The notes under the pieces were generated by a model that worked only from the letters and a program-made list of their open reading frames with translations, ran no database searches and was not told the DNA's origin. A DNA stretch of 64,000 bases from an uncultured virus (IMG/VR IMGVR_UViG_3300031555_010821) (taxonomy: Duplodnaviria; Heunggongvirae; Uroviricota; Caudoviricetes): the IMG/VR virus record IMGVR_UViG_3300031555_010821; one strand, given 5' to 3'. Of the stretch, positions 57,978-64,000 are shown one piece after another; position 1 is the stretch's first letter, and each line of letters begins with the position of its first letter. The position numbers and the translations under genes are program-made.

Positions 57978-58220
57978 TTAGGTGGGGTTGTTAGCCCCGT
58001 AGAGCAATCGGACTGTTTCTACGCCCTTTTCCACGGTTTCTGCTATATCCAATCCAATGGAGATATAGAAGCGCGGATTCGTCATGCACTCGAATGCTCG
58101 GGTCATAGCGTCCTTCTGCTCTTTGGTGATGCCAAGGCGAAAACCCTTGGCGATTCGGAGCGCCGATTTGAAGTCTCCGGCCGCCACGAAACGGCGGACC
58201 ATATCACTCTTTCGCTCCAT
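57978..58220 (-). CDS. Conserved hypothetical protein
   Basis: ALRIAKGF...PRFY; coupled to upstream gene. Confidence 0.7.
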   Translation of the reverse strand: MERKSDMVRRFVAAGDFKSALRIAKGFRLGITKEQKDAMTRAFECMTNPRFYISIGLDIAETVEKGVETVRLLYGANNPT

Positions 58221-58221
58221 A

Positions 58222-59334
58222 TCAGTAAGTCAGGCCGAGAATTGTCTTGGCCGGATTCGCTTCATGTGTCTTGCGGTACTCCAGACTTTCCAGGTACTCG
58301 CCTTCTGTGCAGATGCCGGTTCGATGCTTGTAATCGTATCGCAGCGCCCAGCTTCCTTCTTCGAAGAATGCTTTCTGGAACGGTCGAAGTGCATCGTTCT
58401 CCACCAGGTTCATCTCCCAATCTGTGTGGCCAGCTCGCTTACCCTGAATCGTGTGAACGTCGAAAACGTATTCAGGAATTTTACCGCCCTCAAGAATGCA
58501 TTTTCGAATATCGATCAGTTCACAGGGAACGTCTGTATGGTCAATGGTTTCAACCAGATCGATATACGGAGTAGATCTTACCGACTTGTACTTTCCACTG
58601 AGCGCATACATCAGAATCATGATGGCCTTGGACTGGAAGAGAGGGTCGCGCTTATCGGGCGTCAACTTCTTGTTCGTGAAGTTATCCGCGTTGATGAGTG
58701 CGTCGATTTCATTCGCATAAGCACCGCCAGTGAAATCTTCATCAGCAGCCTTGATGACCTTCCAGATCAGATCATGCTTCAATGTGGTCAGCATCTTGAT
58801 TGCGTAGCCCGAATCTTCCATATTGCATTCGCGGATGGAATGATAAAGCAGATGGGCATAGACATCATGGGTCTGAGCGTCATAATCAAAGATTCCGCCG
58901 ATCTGTGCATCAGCATCCAATCGTGCTTTGAGCTCCGCTGCATCCTGTGTTGTGCAGAGAGGCCGGCCGGTGCCTTCGTTGTCACTCAGAATGAAGTTGC
59001 AGGAATAATAACAAGCGTCCCTGCTCTTGAGCGCATCGCACAAGAGAGAGACGGCAACTGAAACATATCCACTTTTCTTGCTGTATCCCTTCAGTCCTTC
59101 ATTGGCTGCCAGATGCTTCTTATACAGAGCATCGACCTCTTTCGTGAGTACGCCCCAGCAATCTTCGGCCGAGACTACATACAGACGCTTCCAGAGTGTA
59201 CCGTCGTAGTTGCCGAACATTTCATAGGCCGCGTAACCGGCCTTCTCCTTGTCGCCTCTGCGAATCGCTTTCTGAAGCAGACTCGCCATGACAAACATAT
59301 TGTGTCCGCTTTTCGTTGTAGGCATATAACCCAT
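58222..59334 (-). CDS. RarA/MgsA C-terminal-like helical protein without ATPase domain
   Basis: SLLQKAIRRGD, WKRL.VVSAED, IPEYVFDVHT. Confidence 0.7.
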   Translation of the reverse strand: MGYMPTTKSGHNMFVMASLLQKAIRRGDKEKAGYAAYEMFGNYDGTLWKRLYVVSAEDCWGVLTKEVDALYKKHLAANEGLKGYSKKSGYVSVAVSLLCDALKSRDACYYSCNFILSDNEGTGRPLCTTQDAAELKARLDADAQIGGIFDYDAQTHDVYAHLLYHSIRECNMEDSGYAIKMLTTLKHDLIWKVIKAADEDFTGGAYANEIDALINADNFTNKKLTPDKRDPLFQSKAIMILMYALSGKYKSVRSTPYIDLVETIDHTDVPCELIDIRKCILEGGKIPEYVFDVHTIQGKRAGHTDWEMNLVENDALRPFQKAFFEEGSWALRYDYKHRTGICTEGEYLESLEYRKTHEANPAKTILGLTY

Positions 59335-59370
59335 TCATTTACCTCCTCATTTGGTTCGGGTTTTCCTTCA

Positions 59371-59404
59371 ATCGTATCGTAGCATAACCTACCGCCATGT
59401 AAAG
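59371..59404 (-). promoter_or_regulatory. Repeated phage promoter, copy 6
   Basis: TTTACA-tggcggtaggttatgc-TACGAT. Confidence 0.65.
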
Positions 59405-59430
59405 AGGAAAGTCAGTCGCCTACTGGTTTT

Positions 59431-60150
59431 TTATCGCGGAACGCGGATGTAGATTTTATTCGACCTCAGGTCGTAATCGAAGTATTTGCCCCACTTGATT
59501 TTCATGCGTTCAAAGCTGGCAATCATACTTGCGCGGCTCTTCTTGGAGTTACCACCCTTGTTGGTGTCAGTTCCACCATGAGAGCAGAAATACTTCGGCT
59601 TGAGGACGATGCGGTTTTTCAGCAGTTCCTGGAACACAACATCAGTATCACAGCAGTATCCAATTTCATCGCTGAACTTGGATTTGTACACCTTGCGGTT
59701 AATCCAACAGATGCCGCCCGATGTACCTGCAAAAGCAAATTCAGAGTTGTAGTTCCAGGGGGCGATGGTGGCATCCACACATCCATATCCGATGTCCAGA
59801 TCTACCATCAACTGAGCGATGCGCTCAATCTCCGACGTGACGATCTCGGGGTTTGTGACCCGTTCGTTCTTATCAAGACGGTAGATAACGTCGGCCATGT
59901 CATCACCAAGGGTACAGATGATATCCTCTTCTGCATTCTCAATGACCCAATTCCAAACCTTGGAGACGCTGTTAATCTTTTCGTCCTCGACCGCGATGAG
60001 GTTCTCACGCGGAATGGTCTGAGCATACAACTCATATTCCGACTCGCGGACTACTACCTTGTAGTATTCCAGGAGTGTATGGGTGACAATTGTGTCGTAC
60101 CTTTTATAGCTCGGGATATAGATGCCTAACGGCCTGTACTCTTCTCCCAT
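59431..60150 (-). CDS. TAGT/GREB1-like GT-A glycosyltransferase
   Basis: IYIPSYKR, LGDD, DTD, TNKGGN, KWG. Confidence 0.78.
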   Translation of the reverse strand: MGEEYRPLGIYIPSYKRYDTIVTHTLLEYYKVVVRESEYELYAQTIPRENLIAVEDEKINSVSKVWNWVIENAEEDIICTLGDDMADVIYRLDKNERVTNPEIVTSEIERIAQLMVDLDIGYGCVDATIAPWNYNSEFAFAGTSGGICWINRKVYKSKFSDEIGYCCDTDVVFQELLKNRIVLKPKYFCSHGGTDTNKGGNSKKSRASMIASFERMKIKWGKYFDYDLRSNKIYIRVPR

Positions 60151-60151
60151 G

Positions 60152-60853
60152 TTAACCTCCGTTCACTTTCCACGACGGTGGGAGATTAAACCCGCAGTTG
60201 AAAATGTAGTCGATCGCAGACAGGTTTTCAACAAAGTCGCCGTGAATTTGGGGGTATACAATCGGCTCATAGTCCGTGTATACCAATTGGATGCCTCTCT
60301 TGACATAATCCTCTTCAACGTGGTACGCCATAGCCCCTGTACCACTGAGGTAGGTATCCGCACCTAATTGCTCGCACATTTGGAACAGCCGCTCATCTTT
60401 ATGCCCGGAGATATCAAGATCTGCGGAAGCCCGCAGGGTCTTTGCAGTAATGCCGAATCGATTCATGCAATGCATAATGAGCTCGATGTTCAGCTCCGTC
60501 ATTTTGAGCTGATCGGCGCCGGCCATCTTACGCATGATGTCTGCCAGCTCCATCCCTTCCTCAAAGAACGGGGCCTTCCGATACTCCTGGTCAATGGTCT
60601 TTGCCAGCTTCGGCAGATTATACTTAGGGTCGCTGACCATGACATCGATCAGCGGATCGTCATGATGTGCAGTGACCGGAACGGTCAACTTCTTTGGTCC
60701 TGCTGCTGTGTAGATGCGGTTCCAGTTATGCATCCCGCTTTTTGAAAATGCAACATCGTCGGAAAAGACGAGGACGTTGCTCCGGGATGCTTTATAGAAA
60801 AAGCCCATGTAAGGCAAGAAATTGGGCTGATGTGAAGCGAGAATCATGGGCAC
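60152..60853 (-). CDS. wbqC: WbqC-family protein
   Basis: HQPNFLPYMGFFYK, DDV.F, NRI, LTVP, YRKAPFF, YLSG.G..Y, LSAIDYIFNCG. Confidence 0.9.
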   Translation of the reverse strand: MPMILASHQPNFLPYMGFFYKASRSNVLVFSDDVAFSKSGMHNWNRIYTAAGPKKLTVPVTAHHDDPLIDVMVSDPKYNLPKLAKTIDQEYRKAPFFEEGMELADIMRKMAGADQLKMTELNIELIMHCMNRFGITAKTLRASADLDISGHKDERLFQMCEQLGADTYLSGTGAMAYHVEEDYVKRGIQLVYTDYEPIVYPQIHGDFVENLSAIDYIFNCGFNLPPSWKVNGG

Positions 60854-60854
60854 C

Positions 60855-61517
60855 TCACTTCAGTTCGCGGATAAGCGCAAATGCCTCAGCCGCTTCAACG
60901 CCTACCGTTGTCCCCCTGTACCGAGCCAGCGCTTCAACAGCCTTGATTGACCGTGCCTTGGGGAACGGCTCTTCCTGGGATTCATAGATGCGCAGCGCTT
61001 CGAGCTTGAGGAACGCCGTTTCCGTGATGTCTTCGTAGACAGTCGGTATAAAAGCATTTCCTTCATTCGGAATATCCCAGCCGGTTTCGGAAGGAACTTC
61101 GTAGGCGTACACCCGTTTTACCCTGTGGGAGTATTTCGGGCGGAGGGCTACCATTGCCGCATCGGCCACCGCTTTGTGGTCAAGGTGAATGTCTCCCCGA
61201 TGCGGGATATAAACCTCGTCGGGCATTTCGCTCTGAATGGCAATCAGCAGCTCCTCCGTGAGCTTATGCTGCGGAATCGTACTGAGCTCAGATGCCGGCT
61301 GGCTTCCAAACAGCAGTCTTTTTACACCTAGGAGGCGATTCGCTTTGACCGCTTCCTCTCTGCCTTTTTCAATCAGGGCCTGATCGAACAGCGGGGCGTA
61401 TCCTCTTGTCACAATGTAAACGACCACTTTATCTCCGGCGGCTACCCTTTTTGCAATCATGCCGCCACAGCCCAGGACTTCATCGTCCGGGTGGGGCGCA
61501 ATAACAAAAACATTCAT
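60855..61517 (-). CDS. PIG-L/LmbE-family deacetylase
   Basis: APHPDDEVLGCGG, HLDH, YESQ, AEAF. Confidence 0.93.
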   Translation of the reverse strand: MNVFVIAPHPDDEVLGCGGMIAKRVAAGDKVVVYIVTRGYAPLFDQALIEKGREEAVKANRLLGVKRLLFGSQPASELSTIPQHKLTEELLIAIQSEMPDEVYIPHRGDIHLDHKAVADAAMVALRPKYSHRVKRVYAYEVPSETGWDIPNEGNAFIPTVYEDITETAFLKLEALRIYESQEEPFPKARSIKAVEALARYRGTTVGVEAAEAFALIRELK

Positions 61518-62146
61518 TTGGAGCTCCGCTTCTTTTCCACAGCCGGAACGCCTGCGACAAAAGCACCAGCAGGAACGTCGTTCAGGACGACTGCGCCTGC
61601 CGCTACTGTGGCTTCATCGCCAATGCTGTAACCGCTGACGACCGATGCCTGACATCCGACGTAGCAGTTATTGCCGATGTGGACGCCGCCGCAGATATTG
61701 CAGCCCATCGAAATGTTGTTGTTGTCGCCGACCACGCTGTCTGTCGCAAGGACGGCCTTGCAATTGACGATGTTGTGGTCTCCGAGCTTGGCGGAAGCAT
61801 AGATAATCGCAAACTTGTAGATGTAATTGCCTGTGCCAATCTCGGCGCCTTCCTCGATGCAAGCAGTTTTGTCGATCAGATTCACCGAATCCAGACCAAG
61901 GCGCTTGATTTCATCGTAGTAGCGTCTTCTCGGCTCAATGTTGCCGATGGCGATGAAATACTTGTGTTCGCGGTACTGCTCGATGTCCGTAATCTTTTGA
62001 TAAACGGGAACACCTTCCACAGTGCCGGTTTTATAGTCATCAACGAAAGCCAGCACATGAAAGCCGTTCTCCGTTGCCAGTCTTTTGCAGATGCGGCCCT
62101 GCTGGCCTGCACCGCAAATTACGATATTAACAGCATCATTCTTCAT
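61514..62146 (-). CDS. PglD/NeuD-family sugar acetyltransferase
   Basis: IVICGAG, FVDD, IAIG, hexapeptide repeats, GVPA. Confidence 0.9.
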   Translation of the reverse strand: MKNDAVNIVICGAGQQGRICKRLATENGFHVLAFVDDYKTGTVEGVPVYQKITDIEQYREHKYFIAIGNIEPRRRYYDEIKRLGLDSVNLIDKTACIEEGAEIGTGNYIYKFAIIYASAKLGDHNIVNCKAVLATDSVVGDNNNISMGCNICGGVHIGNNCYVGCQASVVSGYSIGDEATVAAGAVVLNDVPAGAFVAGVPAVEKKRSSK

Positions 62147-62831
62147 CCGTCCAGACCTCCTGCTCTTCAGTTTCCTCGGAGAGTTCTTCGGGGACGGTCT
62201 GTTCCTCCGGCTGCTCCGAAGGCTTCTGATATCCAGGCAGCTCTTCGAACGGAATGATCGCCGCCTGCATCTGATCGTACCAGATTGCGCGGGCGTTAAT
62301 CTTTCTGTTCGCAATTCTGACCTTGGCGCCCTCAATACCGAGAGCTCGTACCAGGTTGTTATAGTCCAACTGATTGCGGCAGACGATCATGACGTAATCG
62401 TACTTCTCGTAATGGATGAGCTCCATTTCCTTGATGTCACGCTCATTGACCGGCTTCTGCTTGTCGACCTCTTCGCGGAGCGTCATGTCCATCATGTTAT
62501 CAACGCCCCAATCGTTCAGAATGTCCAAATCCCAATCACCTGCGTGGGTGTTGAGCTTGACGTTGACCACTTTCTGTTCCTGAACCGTGAAGCCGATTAG
62601 CATTTTGCAGTCCACCATCATGTCGGGATCCTGCTCCTGGAAGATGGCCACACGCTGATTTCCGCCGATTACCTGGTTCTCTTCATTGATAACGATGATG
62701 TCGAAATCGCCGTACATGTCGAGCGATGCCTTGAGGTCTTTCTTTCGCTGTGTCTTAATCTTTCGGGGATTCCCGAAGTCAAGTCGCAAGTCACCAACGC
62801 GGCGCTTGACGACCTCAATGGTCTTTTCCAT
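62136..62831 (-). CDS. ParB/Srx-domain protein
   Basis: NPRKI...L.ASL..YG...IVIN...IGGNQR...N...GDWD. Confidence 0.82.
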   Translation of the reverse strand: MEKTIEVVKRRVGDLRLDFGNPRKIKTQRKKDLKASLDMYGDFDIIVINEENQVIGGNQRVAIFQEQDPDMMVDCKMLIGFTVQEQKVVNVKLNTHAGDWDLDILNDWGVDNMMDMTLREEVDKQKPVNERDIKEMELIHYEKYDYVMIVCRNQLDYNNLVRALGIEGAKVRIANRKINARAIWYDQMQAAIIPFEELPGYQKPSEQPEEQTVPEELSEETEEQEVWTDEE

Positions 62832-63042
62832 TGCTTGCACCTCCATGTTCATAAAAAAAGCACTGCTCATCAGCAGTGCATCGTGGATTTCCCGTCCCCT
62901 AACGGTTCATCCGATTTTTCTGTTTTACAAAATAGTACATGAAGTGCGTGTCTTTCAATGACATTTAGTGCGATTACATGACATTGCATGACAGATTCAG
63001 GAAATATTTTGTGATTTTTGCGCCCGAATGGCTTCATCGCCC

Positions 63043-63082
63043 AAAAAAAGAAAGCCGGCACCGAGAATTGGTGCCGGCTTTC
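63043..63082 (-). terminator. Intrinsic terminator
   Basis: aaagccggcacc...ggtgccggcttt plus U-tract. Confidence 0.75.
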
Positions 63083-63096
63083 GCTCTGGATGTGTT

Positions 63097-63588
63097 TTAT
63101 CTGGCTGCTAGATGCAGTTGTTTCTTGATGTCTAAGATGGCAAATAGTGCTTGGTCAATGGCCTTATCTAACACCTCAACATTTACCGATTCTTTGTAAG
63201 GGGCCTCGATGGGCTCGATTTCTTTTTTTGGAGCTTCTTGGATTGTATATGTAAATACGTCTTTTTCCAGCCACGACCTGATATCAGATGCAGGGCGTAA
63301 CTTCTCCATAATTTCCTTTGCGGCGGTCAGGTCTGCGAATTGAATATGTGTATAGCTGAATCCACCATTCTTTTCTACGGGATACAGAATCTTTGTCTTA
63401 TCTCCTGCAATGGTGGGGTCATTCACATAATAGTAAGTTCTTCTTCCGCTTTTGGTTCCTGTGCAGGCACCGACAATGTCACATATGGCAAACATAGGAT
63501 TGCCCGAAACAACTGCGATACGAACAGTGTGGGATTTGCTGGTAACGGACGCTGTCTGGAGCTTGTCGATCTTTTTCGAGGCGGTCAT
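63097..63588 (-). CDS. Bro-N-like protein
   Basis: VRIAVVSGNPMFAICDIV resembles Bro-N. Confidence 0.5.
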   Translation of the reverse strand: MTASKKIDKLQTASVTSKSHTVRIAVVSGNPMFAICDIVGACTGTKSGRRTYYYVNDPTIAGDKTKILYPVEKNGGFSYTHIQFADLTAAKEIMEKLRPASDIRSWLEKDVFTYTIQEAPKKEIEPIEAPYKESVNVEVLDKAIDQALFAILDIKKQLHLAAR

Positions 63589-63589
63589 C

Positions 63590-63880
63590 TTACTTCGCCT
63601 CCTTTGCTTCTCTGCGAGCTTTTTCCGCTGCTGCAAATGCATCACACACATGAATGTGGCCAGCCAGTTCTTCAAGTTCCTTGACGAGGATCTCCAGCAT
63701 ATCATGCAAAGCATAAAATGCGTAGCTACCTTTGTTCCTCATGTCTCTCTCGTCATCTCCATGCTCCATGAGATAGAGGTAGCAGCTTTCGAATGCTTCC
63801 ATGATGGCGGTGATCGTAATGGCGGTGTTTCTTACGTTCTGTGGGCTTGCTTTCTTTGTTTTCGAATCGAATAAATACAT
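63590..63880 (-). CDS. Hypothetical protein
   Basis: AAAGGAGG RBS. Confidence 0.65.
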   Translation of the reverse strand: MYLFDSKTKKASPQNVRNTAITITAIMEAFESCYLYLMEHGDDERDMRNKGSYAFYALHDMLEILVKELEELAGHIHVCDAFAAAEKARREAKEAK

Positions 63881-64000
63881 TATCGATTCCTCCTTTCATT
63901 TTCGAGGAATGCATGATATAATGCAGGCAAGACATTTCGATGTCTTCCTTTCATTTGGAGCGCCGCTTTTATTTTCGGCGGTTCTCCTTAGAGGGCCTGG

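Larger units (their letters stand above)
1..64000 (-). mobile_element. Internal segment of a myovirus-like phage/prophage (ends not in window)
   Basis: Syntenic terminase-portal-MuF-protease-capsid-sheath-tube-TMP-baseplate-fibre-lysis module plus phage-type small early genes, nearly all co-oriented; no host housekeeping genes. Confidence 0.97.

Noticed and set aside
59431..62831. Host O-antigen/capsule locus marking a prophage boundary
   Set aside because: No flippase, polymerase or nucleotide-sugar synthesis genes; genes are coupled to phage-type ParB and TAGT and flanked by phage genes
62136..62831. ParABS partition system
   Set aside because: No ParA and no HTH after the ParB domain
1..64000. 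Stop-codon reassignment
   Set aside because: Structural genes are full length in the standard code and no suppressor tRNA was seen

Overview
The whole 64 kb is an internal segment of a tailed phage or prophage with a contractile tail. GGAGG-type RBSs, sigmaA-like promoters, a CHAP-LysM endolysin and XkdX/YopX-like genes suggest a Firmicutes (probably Clostridia) host. Almost all genes are on the minus strand. In transcription order (right to left): Bro-N-like gene; a tightly coupled operon of ParB-like, PglD/NeuD acetyltransferase, PIG-L deacetylase, WbqC and TAGT/GREB1-like glycosyltransferase genes (candidate DNA glyco-hypermodification pathway); a RarA/MgsA C-terminal-only protein; terminase; a 1139-aa DUF1073-type portal fused to Nudix, ART-like and RNase-toxin-like domains, followed by a CPCC gene, a Phd-like ORF and tRNA-Thr(UGU); MuF, protease, capsid, neck, sheath, tube and chaperone genes; an inverted PD-(D/E)XK nuclease moron; tape measure; baseplate genes interrupted by an iteron-like array; a modular fibre cluster; lysis genes; and about 22 kb of small early/accessory genes. 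Six related promoters recur, five in the early region and one upstream of the RarA-like gene. No integrase, replication genes, RT or CRISPR array were recognised. All family assignments come from motif recognition by eye and synteny, not database searches.
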